A stretch of DNA of 63,520 nucleotides, counting the filler, from Collodictyon triciliatum (Eukaryota), in assembly GCA_043381765.1 (NCBI GenBank). It is 4 parts of 4 records of this genome, joined end to end, with 100 filler letters (N's around TTAATTAATTAA, not from the genome) between each part and the next. Parts side by side here need not be neighbours in the genome. Positions count along the whole stretch, not along the records: positions 1 to 22,248 come from JBHJMP010001156.1; positions 22,349 to 44,454 come from JBHJMP010001157.1; 2 more parts are not named here. One strand, 5' to 3'. A program made the position numbers and the translations under genes. The notes under the pieces are model-generated. The model did no database searches, was not told the DNA's origin, and saw only the letters and a list, made by a program, of their open reading frames with translations. The first letter of the stretch is position 1, and every line of letters starts with the position of its first letter. Shown piece by piece: positions 18,801-29,952 of the stretch.

Positions 18801-21469
18801 ACAAGAGTGTCATCGCCGAAATATGTCACAACCTGAGGATTTCTTCGGAGTACCAAAAATTGGCTGACTTCCTTAAAGACGAAAAGGTCATATAAATCGT
18901 TAATTCATGTTCACTTTTTTATACTTAAATGTACTCAACAGGTTGTAGAGAGTACCCTGGACGGTAACTATCGCTTCGAATTTCATGAATGTTGGAGAGA
19001 ATTGAATAGAAGCGGATTTGATCACAAGGATACATACGTTGAAATTATAAAAGTATATATTACATAGTTTAATAAATCAATAAATAATGTTCAAGTATCA
19101 AATTGAAAGAAACAATAAAAGAAAATTGCTGTTTCTTTTTTTGTAGAGAAAAAAACTTGTTGGATTTTTACTGATCAGCTACTTTGAAGAGATTCAGGAA
19201 AATAATTTTTTGATTCCTTTGTTAGAATATCGTGCTTCTACTGAGACAGACGAGGGTTGAAAAATGAATTTAATTGTAAGAAAATGGATTGCTTTATTAA
19301 ATTTGATGTTTTCATAGGTGATAACTGTAGAAATTTAGATTTCCTGGGGACAGTCTACAATAACATTGGAAAGTTTGCTTTACTTTTATTTGATTAAAGT
19401 ATTATCGAAAGTACTTACAACATACATTAGACATGAAAAGGCGCTGGAACTTTATCATAAATCACTTGAAACAAAAGTGAAAGTATTTGGAGAAAGACAT
19501 TCTAGCATCGCTGCGTCGTATATGGGGATTGGGAGAGTTTTTGATGATCTTGGGAAGTATGCTACTGCGTTCGATTAAATTTAATTTTTTGATAATATTC
19601 TAATCATTATCTCTCTTTTGATGTATAATAGGTACGAAAAATCGTTAGAGTACTATGAAAAATCTCTCGAAATTCGAATGGAGATTTTTGGAGAAACTCA
19701 CTCCGAAATTGCAAAGATTTACAATAATATTGGCAGTGCCTATTCCAGCATCGGAAAGTATGTCCCCCTGCAAACCATTTATTTGACTCTTTCAGTAACA
19801 AAAATATTTAATTAGATACGACAAAGCGCTGGAATACAACCAAAAATCACTTGAGATTAGGATTAAAGTTTTTGGGGCCATGCATCCGGACGTCGCAGCT
19901 TCATTTAATAACATTGGGAATATATACGATGAATTCGGAGAGTAAGTTCATTTAGCGATTTTTATTTGCGTATTTGGTGTACTAACCAACAGACAGATAT
20001 GAAAAAGCTCTAGAGTACTATCACAAAGACCTTGAAATTACCCTGAAAACTTTTGGTGAAATGCATCCTGATGTTGCAAAGTCATATGTGAATATCGGAA
20101 GTGCCTACAACGACCTCGGAAAGTATGCATATTCTTTATTTTTTTGAAACATTTGGCATTTTATTAATCTTTTCAATAGGTATAAGAAAGCTCTTAAATT
20201 CTACCGAAAAGCGCTGAATATCCGACTCCGTGCATTTGGCGATATTCACCCTGATATTGCAAACACATATATGGGGATCGGAATCGTATATAGTGACTTT
20301 GGAAAGTATTTTCAATTCATATTATATCTCCTTTATTAATTAATATGCTAATCGCCGATTAGAAATCAAAAGGCTCTGAAATATTACAAAAAGTCGCTTG
20401 AAATGAAACTGAAAGTCTTTGGTGAGATGCACCCTGATGTGGCAAAGTCATACGGAAATATTGGAAGTGCTTACAACGACCTTGGAAAGTATGCATATTC
20501 CAATAACTTCGTTATGCATTTATTAGTAAAATAATATAATTGAAATAGATATCAAAGAGCCTTGGAATATTATCATAAAGATTTGCAAATTACGCTGAAT
20601 TTTGTTGGCGAAACACACATCGATGTTGGAACGACTTACAATAATATCGGACTTGCGTTCAAGAAACTCGGAAAGTATATATTAACTCTCGTATCTTTAA
20701 TGAACCTATTTCTATTAAATATACTTTCAATAGATATGAAGAGGCACTAGAATGCTACCAAAAATCGCTTGAAATAAAAAGAAACTTATTTGGAGAAATA
20801 CATAGTGGAGTTGCAAATACTCATATGGGAATCGGAAACCTTTACAATGAGCTTGGAAGGTATACTTAATTCATAATTTCTCTGAGACTAGTTGTTTATA
20901 AAAATAAAATATGTAGGAATGAACAAGCGCTAGAATGTTACCAGAAATCTCTTGAAATAAAACTGAGAGTATTTGGAGAAATGCATTCTGATGTCGCAGA
21001 TTCCTTCTACAACTTTGGAAACTTGTTTGAGACCCAAAAAAAGTATAAAGAAGCTCTGGATATGTTTGAAAGGGCCAAAAGCTCGTATATGCACGTTTAT
21101 GGTGAGGAGCATTCGGAGACAAAAGAGGCAGAAATGAGAATCGTTCGAATGAAAAAGAAGATTTCGCATATAATTGCTCACGGGGCACACGATGGTGGAG
21201 AGGAAGAGAACGAAGAAGAAGAGGAAGATGATGACAATGAAGATGACGAAGAAGAAGACGGAGGTGTTCATGATGATGATGATGATGACGATGATGATGG
21301 TGATGATGATGACGATGACGATGGTGATGATGATGGTGATGATGATGGTGATGATGATGATGACGGAGATGACGATCACGGAAATGATGATGACAGAGAT
21401 GACGATGATGGCGATGGCGATGATGGCGATGGCAATGATGATGATGGCGATGAAAAGTCTCCTAAATAA
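15875..21469 (+). CDS. DUF4062 - NACHT NTPase - TPR protein (NPHP3/TEP1-like STAND NTPase) with acidic tail, multi-exon
   Basis: N-terminus MGCPWS. DUF4062-like RIFMSSTFRDMQKERD and IDLRWG. Walker A GSESGIGKS, Walker B VLVIDALNQL, plus GHPLYLRIVLDELR. 42-aa TPR units (YEKALEYY.KSLEI..KVFGE.HPDVA.SY.NIG) are followed by a poly-Asp tail. Confidence 0.9.
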
Positions 21470-22188
21470 CATGCCCCCATAATCCTCTTTCTGAATCCAA
21501 GCTACCAGAACCAAGTATCGTCACTTAACTGGACAACCCAGGACAATAAAAGAGAAGAAATGAAGAAATGAGAGAGCAAAAATGATTATTAATTGGCCTA
21601 GATTTAGTTTTCAACCATTCACTATAAAGATTTTTTTTAAGGGGTTCAAGAACTTGTATGTTCTAAATCAATATCTCTTATAGGGCGCCAACAGCTTAGG
21701 GCTGTTACGAATTAAAAAAAAAGTCGTTTTCTTGAGAAGTCAGGTTCAACCTTTCGTGAATATTAACATGAGTTTAAAAATCCAGAATTGGATATATCTA
21801 AAAACCATTCAAATTTGGAATTTATTTTAACAATCATATTTTCTTCAATAATGCCATTTTAGAATATTTTTAATCTATATTTGTATTACTGTTCTATTTT
21901 TTGCACAGTTATATAATTCCGTTACTTCTGGGATTACTTTTCGACGAAATGAGCGCAAATATGATGAGTCATGTGCAACGGACGCGATTTCAAACATTCA
22001 AAAACTTAATTCCCACAACCTCGATCGCCTCGTAAGAAAAACCTGTGCTGTCTTTGCGACGTGTTACGAACGCGCTGTGGCAGAAAGATTGGCGTCGGCT
22101 TCCGCCCTCCATGACTTCTGCTTCGTCACAAGCTATTCGAAGCAGCACGATTTCTTTTTTTGTACAAAAAAAACAAAAAACAAAAAAA

Positions 22189-22248
<60 letters not shown>

Positions 22249-22348
22249 NNNNNNNNNNNNNNNNNNNNNNNNNNNNNNNNNNNNNNNNNNNNTTAATTAA
22301 TTAANNNNNNNNNNNNNNNNNNNNNNNNNNNNNNNNNNNNNNNNNNNN
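22249..22348. other. Artificial contig linker (N44-TTAATTAATTAA-N44)
   Basis: Six-frame-stop linker at 22293-22304 flanked by Ns. Confidence 0.97.
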
Positions 22349-22657
22349 TGATAAAAAGGAGAACAGGGGAAAAAAGGGTGCACAAAGGGAAGGCAGGCAG
22401 TGTGAGCTGTATAAGCTCTTGGAAAGTGACCAGAGGCAAATAATAACTGTATTCGTATTCTCTCTATCCTATATAAACATCACAAGCTATTTTTTTCATT
22501 TATTCGATTCATAAACATCACGAGCTATATTCACGAAAAGGATGGACAACATGTGTGTAGAGTCACAGGTACAGATTGTGCTGTGATTAGTCTGAGAGTG
22601 AAACACGCTGGAAATTAGTTGATGTTTTTTCCCCTTTATTCGAAGGAAACTATTGTT

Positions 22658-22785
22658 TTGTTATTTAGGGGCACTCAAAATGGCATGAATGTTGAGGGCC
22701 GAGGCAAATAGCCGTTAGGGCAGGGCAGGGCTAGGGCTCGGCGAGGGTTAGGGTGGAGCGGACAGGAGGGCCGGTGCCGACGGGG
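22658..22785 (+). repeat. Left copy of diverged ~130-bp inverted repeat
   Basis: 22658-22700 matches the reverse complement of 43600-43642 at 42/43 nt. Similarity continues through TTAGGGTGGAGCG..CAGGAGGGCCG.TGCCGA.GGGG. Confidence 0.9.
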
Positions 22786-22971
22786 CATAGATCGGCCAGA
22801 TTAGGAAAGAGATTGGGTAAAAGGTATGATACCTGAGCAAGTCCGGTAGGTTGGGCAGATTCTTTTTTATTTTATTTTTTTTTGAGAGGGTGGGTAAGGC
22901 GGAAAAAGGAGCGTGTCTGCATGGGTGGCTGAGGTGTTATTATAGGGCAAACGGTCACTGCCATTTTTGGT

Positions 22972-25900
22972 TTATTTATCATCTTTTTTAGTTTTTACAA
23001 AGGCGTAACCTTGGGAAGGACCTACTTTGCCAACATTATGAAATTGTTTATAGTCAAGCGGAGGTTGTTGAGCAAGTCGTGCTGATCTGCGAAGTTCTGT
23101 TAACTGGGATCGAGCTTCTTTTTGTAGAGATTTAGGCCGTCTTTCACGTATACGTGCCGGTGATTTTGATGGAGATGGTGCACGGGACGATGCGGCAGAA
23201 TTTGCTGAATCAGTAAACAATTGTCTTTGTGTATTGATAGTGTTACCTGCGTATACTTGTGACATTCTTGTAATATTGGGTGGAGAATTATCTGTGCTTA
23301 TACTACTAGGTGACGCGCGATTGAGAGGAGAAGGTGATAGACCTGAGTGCATAGGGTGTACACGATATTTACTTACAGAACTAGTTGGTGACGGGTTATA
23401 AGAAGCAACAGATGCTGACCTCGAATGTAATGGATGTCCTAAAACTTGCACTGGACTATTATGTACAGATTGCAGTCTGCTGGAAGGAGCAGATGGATTC
23501 ATTTGTATTTGGGCTTGTAAATCTATCATACGGCGTTGAAGATACGCATTTTCTTCAATTACAGCGTCATACTGCTGTTGAAGTGATTCAAATTTAGTAT
23601 GTACATGGTGATTGTCTGTTTGCAGTTTAGACATATCTGAGATTATTGTTTGTACTCTGGATTCACGAACTATATTTTGCTCATTGATTTTCTGTATTCT
23701 ATTAGTGAGTTCTTGTATTTGTTCCTTAAGATGAGTATTTTCGTTACGTGTAGCTGCCAAGCTACCATTGGCAAAGTCTTCAAGTTCTATTGCTCTTTGT
23801 TGAGCATCCATATCCTGTTGCTTTAAGATGTCTAACTGTATTACTGTTTCGTTGTAAAGCTGAGTTATATTAGACAGTTTATGATCCAGAGCTGTTTTAT
23901 CTGCGATAGTCGCTTGAACGCTGTGAGTAAGATTATTATTGACTAATTGTAATGCATTGACTTTGTTTGTTAAATCTGTGTTTTGTGCTTCTATATCACG
24001 TACGTGTTGTTGTAATTGAGCGTGATCACGTTGTAATGTAGTGTGTCGGCTTCCATCTGACACAATTTTATCTTCAAAGTATGTTAATGCAGAATTTCGT
24101 CTGTTAAGTTCATTTGTGAGAGTGTCTATTTTTTGCTTTGTTTCTTGTAATTGACTCTCTAATCTTGCGTTGGTTGTCGCCATGACGGTCACAGCATTGC
24201 TTGGAACATTTAATTGTAATTTCAATTTGACAATTTCTTCTTGTAATTCTTCATTACGTTCTTGAAGTTCGAGATTTTGATCCTCATATGCAACACGTGT
24301 TGCTTCTGCACGTTCACTAATTTGTTGTTCTTTTGTAATTTGAGCTTTGTAATACCCTTCTAGTCTATTTCGCAGTGAATCGAATTGAGCTTGTGTATAA
24401 GTTTGCTCTTGTTGATTAGGAGGCACAAACTGTCTTTGAGATGATTCTAGGGTATGAATCTTTTGTTGCAAAGATTCTATGATATTTTGTTGTTTTTTAT
24501 TGCTAGCTTGCAATTGGCCTAATTCTATTTTATATTGCATGCGTGCTTGATTTAACTGTTGTTTCTGTTCTTCCAATTTGGGAGCATATACTGAGTGTAA
24601 TGTGTCTGTAACTTCATTTCTGCGTGTCTCAAATTGTTGTATCTGATCTTTTAATTCTGCCTCATGCTGTTGCCGAATAGTGCTAATTTGATTTTTTAAT
24701 GCTTGTATTTCCGTATTGAAAGCCTTTTGTATGCTGATAATGTGGTCATTTCGTTGTTGTAGTTCAGATTGTAAGGCATTAGATAAATTGCTATTTGCGT
24801 TGCCTTGTTGTGTTACTTCTACAACTGATTGTCGCAGTCGTTCATTTTCGGACTGTAATTGTACTATTGATTGATACTGCTGGCCAGTAAAATTTTTGAA
24901 ATTGCTATTTTCTTGGCGTAATTCTTCAAGAGTATTTTGATAAAATGTTGATTGTGCAATATTTGATGCTACAGCAGTTTCTAATTCTTGTTTTAAACGT
25001 CTGATTTCAGCTGTTCTATTTTTTGTATGTGACTCAACTGGCTCTGTAGGTAAGTAAATTTGTTTTCGTGTTTGATCATTTCGTAATTTGTCTAATTCTT
25101 TTTGCAATTCTTCATTGGCTTGTTTTAATTCACGTGCTTCCTTAATTACTTCAGTTTGTTGGTCAAGTGGGACACTGTCTTGCGCATTTTGTCGTATTTC
25201 TGCCAATTTTACTTCATATTGAGCTTTGTTCTGGTCAATTTCGCGTTGTTTTTCGTCTACTTTCTTTTGCAAATTGGCGATGTCTTGTTGAAAAACTGAT
25301 GTCATTTTATCGGTTTCTCCTCTTATTTGATCAAATTTTTTTACCCATTCAGCTGTTGCTTTTCTGACTTCTTCTTCTACTTCTTTTTTCATTTTTTCTT
25401 GAGCACTAGTTAGTTTATTTCTGAATGTATCTGTTGTTTGTTTTACAATTGCAGCTTTTCTTTCGTGCATTTCGTTAAACATTGATTGTTGCCCAGCCTT
25501 AAATTGCTTTTCATGTTCTGCTTTCATTTGTTGTTGTGTTGTTTGCTGCTGTAATTTTGCTGCTGCAATTTCATTTTCGTACCTCCTTTGTTCTTGCTGC
25601 TGTGTATGCATTATTTCCAAAAGTTGTTCTTTGACTTGAGACAACCCGGAGACCATATCGATTCTTTTCTGGTCTAATTGCTGGCCAAAGTTTAGTTTAC
25701 CTGTTAATATTTGAAGTCTTTCATGTACAGATCGTCTTAATTCATCAATGGTCATCTGTCCATGTTGGATAATTTGATTTTGTTCCTCATCTTCCAAAGC
25801 ATCAAAATATTGATCGCCATCGGAATCTTCTGTAGGTGCTTGAGATACAGGGGTCGCAGTTGGTCTTTTTATAATACTTCTTAATGTCGGTGTTGTTGAT

Positions 25901-28575
25901 GGCGGTAATATTTTTTTTGCAGTTTGTATTAATAACTGAAGTTCTTGCGGGGGTGGAATAATTTCAAACCCTTGCTCATCATAATGTTTCTGTTTTTTTG
26001 GAGTTGTGGTTGCAGCAGATGGCGTGGTTGGCTGTAATATGGATTTGGGTGTTTCGTCTACAAATTGTATTGATTTCAAAGGCGATGGATTTTTGAGACT
26101 TATATTAATTTGTTTTACAGGTGTCTTTTGTTTAGACGTTGATTTTCTTTCTGATTTTGGAGAGATTGGGCGATTGGTATTAGTTTGCACAGGTGTATTG
26201 GGTTGTGTTGCTAATTTTTTGGATTTTGGTGTAGAAGTGACTGAATTAGTTTGTGTACGAGACGCAGTCTGTCGACTTTTTAGTTCATTTAGAGTGGCTT
26301 GTAATTGTATAATTTGTTGTTGTTCAGATGCTAACTTTGTTCTTAAATTTTCAGTTTCAATTTGATTTTTATCATATTCTTGCTGAGCTTCACTCAATTT
26401 TTTTTCGTAATCTTGTTGCATAACCCTTATAGCAGATAAATTTGTACTATGATCGTTTTGTTTAGCTGACATAGTTCGTTCTAAATCAGCAATAATAATT
26501 TTATGAGCTTCCAATTCTTGAGATAAAGCATCAGTATTATGTTTGTTTGCCAGAAAATCTTGACGCATTTTCTCTTCTCGTTGAGCATACTCTCTTTCTA
26601 ATGTTGCAATTTGGGTAGTTTTTTCTCTTTCCATTTCATTTTTAATTTTTCCGACCTCTGATCGATATTGACGTTCAAGTTCTTGTTTTTTCTCTTCAAC
26701 TGTCAACAATAACTCTTGCTTTTCTTCTTGTAATTTTTGAATGATCATTGCATTATTTGAATTTAATTGGGTATGACCTAATACATCAGTATGTGTCCTT
26801 CTCTCTAGAAAGTCAAATTTTTCTTGCATTTGACGATTTAATTCTCGCTGTTGTAGTATTTCTGTATAGCCTGTTTGGACCTCTTTTTTCTTTATATCAA
26901 AATCCAATTCCAACTGCTTGTGTTGTCTTGTAACTTCACTTAATCTGGCATTTTGTTCTGCTAGTTGTCGCTCAAAATTTGCATTTTGTTGTCGAAGTTG
27001 GACATTTTGCTGTTGAGTTTGATTATAACTTGACTGCGCGTCTCGCATATTATTTTCCATATGATTGATATGTTCTAATAAAGGTTCGCGTGCTTCTGCG
27101 AGAAGATTTCTTACATATTGTTTTTTTTTTGTTAAATTTTGTGGATTTTCAGGATCATAACCTTCTAAAATTCGTTGGTTCTGTTCTTTAAAATCATCAG
27201 GAAAACTCGAATCCGAATCATCCGAATCACTAGAATCGGCTGATTCATTACCACGGTCAGCCAATATATCATCATCAGACACATTTGAATTATTTTGGTC
27301 ATCTTGATTTTGTGATGGGTTGGGATCATCATGTTGTGCATATGATTGGTCTAATAGATCTGCAACGTTTTCTAATCGAGTTTGTGAGTTTGCTGGTACG
27401 ACTGGTTCTACAGGTCTAAAATTAAATGCAAGAGGATCGGTCTGCATATCTGTATCACGATAGGTTCTAAATTGCATACTTTCTGAAGGCAAAGGCATAT
27501 ATACTGGCTGGGTGTCTCCCAAATCATTTATTATTGGTGAAATTATTGTAGGTTCGGAATTCCTCCGGCGATTTTGTTGTCTAGTTGTAGTGGGCGGCGC
27601 TATAGGCCTATTAACTTGATTTTGTGGAGGCGTGCTCATTTGACGTGGTAAATTTAGCTGATTTATTTGGCCAACAAATGCTTGCGATGCGTTGTCTGGG
27701 TCTTCAGGATCAATATTGCCTCTTGTAACTGCTTCAATATCAACAGCACAGTCGATCATTAAGTCTTGCGCATACAGCCATATGACAAATTCAAATTCTT
27801 CAACAGTGCTGAGTTTTAAATTAAGTGCATTTTCTGGATTTAATTGATATTTTTTTGCACCCAATAAAACTTTATATTTATTCTGCCATTCTTTAATTTT
27901 GTTAAAAACATTGTTTTCTACAAAATATTTGTAATAAATTTTTAATTGATATATTGTCTGAGGGCCTTTAAATTGAAGTTTTGTAAGATATTTAATTACT
28001 AACATGTGTCTGTCGTATATTCTCATAATTTCTTTGTCGACTCCTTTAACTAAATGTGCATAGTTGGGCCGTAACAATTTTGCCGATGTTTGGTGATTAT
28101 CTTCTGGGTCATTTAATTCTGTCTCATCTCGCTGTTGCATTTGTTGTTTAGCTATTTCTGTTTGTTGTTCATTTAATCCTAGTCTTTGACAAGTTTCTTC
28201 CGCAACATTCATTTTATTTTGTTCTGTAATATAACCAGTTGCCCAATGTAAAAATTGTGCATGTTTTAATCGTTGTTGCGCTTGTGCACTAGCTGCACCT
28301 TTAATGTCTTTTTCGGTATCTTTCGTATCTTTATATTCTTCTGAGTAATACATGCGTTCTGTGTCATTTCGAGCATTGTAATGTTTTAGCAGTTGCTGTT
28401 GCTTTTGGTTTTTTAACTCTAATAATTTACTGTTAATTTCTGGTAAGACGTTTCCATAGCCAGGAAAATAAGTTTCGCTAAATTCCAGGCCGGTAGGATT
28501 AATTAAGTGATGTCTTTTGATAGTGCCACCTGGTGGATCTTTAAATCTGTCTCTGATTTTAGTTAACGTAGACAT
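22972..28575 (-). CDS. 1867-aa long coiled-coil protein of the viral element
   Basis: Uninterrupted ORF with a globular-looking N-terminal ~300 aa, two long Q/E/K/L heptad regions separated by a P/T/S/K linker, and an S/P/R-rich C-terminus. Confidence 0.9.
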   Translation of the reverse strand: MSTLTKIRDRFKDPPGGTIKRHHLINPTGLEFSETYFPGYGNVLPEINSKLLELKNQKQQQLLKHYNARNDTERMYYSEEYKDTKDTEKDIKGAASAQAQQRLKHAQFLHWATGYITEQNKMNVAEETCQRLGLNEQQTEIAKQQMQQRDETELNDPEDNHQTSAKLLRPNYAHLVKGVDKEIMRIYDRHMLVIKYLTKLQFKGPQTIYQLKIYYKYFVENNVFNKIKEWQNKYKVLLGAKKYQLNPENALNLKLSTVEEFEFVIWLYAQDLMIDCAVDIEAVTRGNIDPEDPDNASQAFVGQINQLNLPRQMSTPPQNQVNRPIAPPTTTRQQNRRRNSEPTIISPIINDLGDTQPVYMPLPSESMQFRTYRDTDMQTDPLAFNFRPVEPVVPANSQTRLENVADLLDQSYAQHDDPNPSQNQDDQNNSNVSDDDILADRGNESADSSDSDDSDSSFPDDFKEQNQRILEGYDPENPQNLTKKKQYVRNLLAEAREPLLEHINHMENNMRDAQSSYNQTQQQNVQLRQQNANFERQLAEQNARLSEVTRQHKQLELDFDIKKKEVQTGYTEILQQRELNRQMQEKFDFLERRTHTDVLGHTQLNSNNAMIIQKLQEEKQELLLTVEEKKQELERQYRSEVGKIKNEMEREKTTQIATLEREYAQREEKMRQDFLANKHNTDALSQELEAHKIIIADLERTMSAKQNDHSTNLSAIRVMQQDYEKKLSEAQQEYDKNQIETENLRTKLASEQQQIIQLQATLNELKSRQTASRTQTNSVTSTPKSKKLATQPNTPVQTNTNRPISPKSERKSTSKQKTPVKQINISLKNPSPLKSIQFVDETPKSILQPTTPSAATTTPKKQKHYDEQGFEIIPPPQELQLLIQTAKKILPPSTTPTLRSIIKRPTATPVSQAPTEDSDGDQYFDALEDEEQNQIIQHGQMTIDELRRSVHERLQILTGKLNFGQQLDQKRIDMVSGLSQVKEQLLEIMHTQQQEQRRYENEIAAAKLQQQTTQQQMKAEHEKQFKAGQQSMFNEMHERKAAIVKQTTDTFRNKLTSAQEKMKKEVEEEVRKATAEWVKKFDQIRGETDKMTSVFQQDIANLQKKVDEKQREIDQNKAQYEVKLAEIRQNAQDSVPLDQQTEVIKEARELKQANEELQKELDKLRNDQTRKQIYLPTEPVESHTKNRTAEIRRLKQELETAVASNIAQSTFYQNTLEELRQENSNFKNFTGQQYQSIVQLQSENERLRQSVVEVTQQGNANSNLSNALQSELQQRNDHIISIQKAFNTEIQALKNQISTIRQQHEAELKDQIQQFETRRNEVTDTLHSVYAPKLEEQKQQLNQARMQYKIELGQLQASNKKQQNIIESLQQKIHTLESSQRQFVPPNQQEQTYTQAQFDSLRNRLEGYYKAQITKEQQISERAEATRVAYEDQNLELQERNEELQEEIVKLKLQLNVPSNAVTVMATTNARLESQLQETKQKIDTLTNELNRRNSALTYFEDKIVSDGSRHTTLQRDHAQLQQHVRDIEAQNTDLTNKVNALQLVNNNLTHSVQATIADKTALDHKLSNITQLYNETVIQLDILKQQDMDAQQRAIELEDFANGSLAATRNENTHLKEQIQELTNRIQKINEQNIVRESRVQTIISDMSKLQTDNHHVHTKFESLQQQYDAVIEENAYLQRRMIDLQAQIQMNPSAPSSRLQSVHNSPVQVLGHPLHSRSASVASYNPSPTSSVSKYRVHPMHSGLSPSPLNRASPSSISTDNSPPNITRMSQVYAGNTINTQRQLFTDSANSAASSRAPSPSKSPARIRERRPKSLQKEARSQLTELRRSARLAQQPPLDYKQFHNVGKVGPSQGYAFVKTKKDDK

Positions 28576-28807
28576 TATATGTGTATAATTTACTCTAAGA
28601 ATTTTTTATACGCTTGTCGATGCATCTAATCTAAAAGACTCGCTAGATTGCGTATTTTCAATGTTTACGCCAAAACACGAAGATTTTTTTATGTGTTTGA
28701 ACATGCGTTCAAAGATAAGAGCAATGTTAAGAATGAGGCTGGCAATGGTGATGGGTTCCATGATATCGATTTATTATTGATTAAGAATATTGTGAGACAC
28801 AGTAATT

Positions 28808-29737
28808 TTAAGATGGCTGTTCTAGCAATTTTCGATCATTTAAAATATCAGAAACAATCGTTTTTGATAGTTCCTTGTCATATTTCTTGAGCTTTTTAGT
28901 CCTTTCTTTCTTTTCTTCCTTAAAATTTGTTTTTTGTTTCACTGCACGAGGTTTTCTAGCAGGTGTTTTTGTTTTCATCGGCTGGTAAGGCCTGACAACA
29001 AAATCTGCTGTTTTGCCGCTGCCATTCATAAAATTCAACGCAAATTGTTCCTCGTCACTGTTCTGCATGTGCTTAAATGAAACGCAACTTTTGTCAATTT
29101 CGCCAGCATGGGATGCAATAAATTCGCTCAGTTGCGTTCTCAACGTTCTCAAACTTGCCTCACGATGATCCACAATAAAAGAATTACCAGCAAAATCGAG
29201 AGGAATCTGGATCTCAAATTTAGGACTCGGAGAAGGTTTTTCGTCTGCGTTCTCATCATGTAGTACCGGGTCGAACAAATACGCTTTTTCATTGCTCTCG
29301 GTCATATCTGGCCATGCATATTGATACCTATCGTCAAGAGCATTTAGTGTGCCGCCAAATCGCGTCAATTGATGCGGATCCGGGGCAAGGATGGGTTTCT
29401 GTTCCATACTAAATTTTTTTACAATCTCCTCATACAGAGACAGGGCGTCTTTTTTTTCTTTTTCTTCAGACTTTTGATTGTTGATCATGCAGACAAGAAA
29501 CGTCAAGAGACACGCCATGTCTTTAAACGATCCTTGGCGGACGCCATAAATCGACACGCCGTAACACTTGGGGCTCAACTCGCCAGTATATTGACACAAA
29601 TACAGGCTTTTTCCGTGCACATTTGTCGCTCGGGGTTTACGAAGGTGCGACAATCTCGCATTCGGCAGGGGGCAATATCCGTCGGCAACTTTCATTCTGT
29701 GTGTATGAACAATAAAAAGATAAACTGTGATACCCAT
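28808..29737 (-). CDS. VLTF2-like (poxvirus A1-type) late transcription factor
   Basis: GSFKDMACLLTF and ILAPDPHQLTRFGGTL resemble the NCLDV VLTF2 motifs G.FCS..C...(Y/F) and PAP....L..FGG.L. An alternative ATG lies at 29695. Confidence 0.6.
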   Translation of the reverse strand: MGITVYLFIVHTHRMKVADGYCPLPNARLSHLRKPRATNVHGKSLYLCQYTGELSPKCYGVSIYGVRQGSFKDMACLLTFLVCMINNQKSEEKEKKDALSLYEEIVKKFSMEQKPILAPDPHQLTRFGGTLNALDDRYQYAWPDMTESNEKAYLFDPVLHDENADEKPSPSPKFEIQIPLDFAGNSFIVDHREASLRTLRTQLSEFIASHAGEIDKSCVSFKHMQNSDEEQFALNFMNGSGKTADFVVRPYQPMKTKTPARKPRAVKQKTNFKEEKKERTKKLKKYDKELSKTIVSDILNDRKLLEQPS

Positions 29738-29765
29738 AATCTTTTATTAGAGATATCATAGAGGG

Positions 29766-29776
29766 CTATATATATA
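29766..29776. promoter_or_regulatory. TATA-like box between divergent genes
   Basis: CTATATATATA lies between the VLTF2-like gene (-) and the penton-like gene (+). Confidence 0.4.
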
Positions 29777-29835
29777 ACCTGACACTATGTGAAATAACGA
29801 CCAGGACGACGTCCTGTATCAAAAGGCATACTAAG

Positions 29836-29948
29836 GTAATTTTCAAATTATATAATTATATACTAACAACAATTATTATATCATATTACATATTATTCAT
29901 CAATAATCATATCACATGTATAATTTAATACTAACCTTTTTTTTCTAG
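29836..29948 (+). other. Putative spliceosomal intron (113 nt)
   Basis: AAG|GTAATT donor, TACTAAC at 29861 and 29929, T-tract and CTAG acceptor. The next ATG is at 29953. Confidence 0.65.
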
Positions 29949-29952
29949 TCAA

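Noticed and set aside
19431-20859. Regularly spaced repeats suggesting a CRISPR-like array
   Set aside because: The units are coding TPR exons separated by GT-AG introns.
20930-21514. Poly-Ile and poly-Met ORFs
   Set aside because: They are alternative frames of the (GAT)n Asp-rich tail of the NACHT-TPR gene.
22249-22348. TTAATTAATTAA palindromes as biological sites, and the viral contig as integrated between host genes
   Set aside because: The identical N-flanked linker occurs three times. It is a concatenation spacer, so adjacency carries no information.
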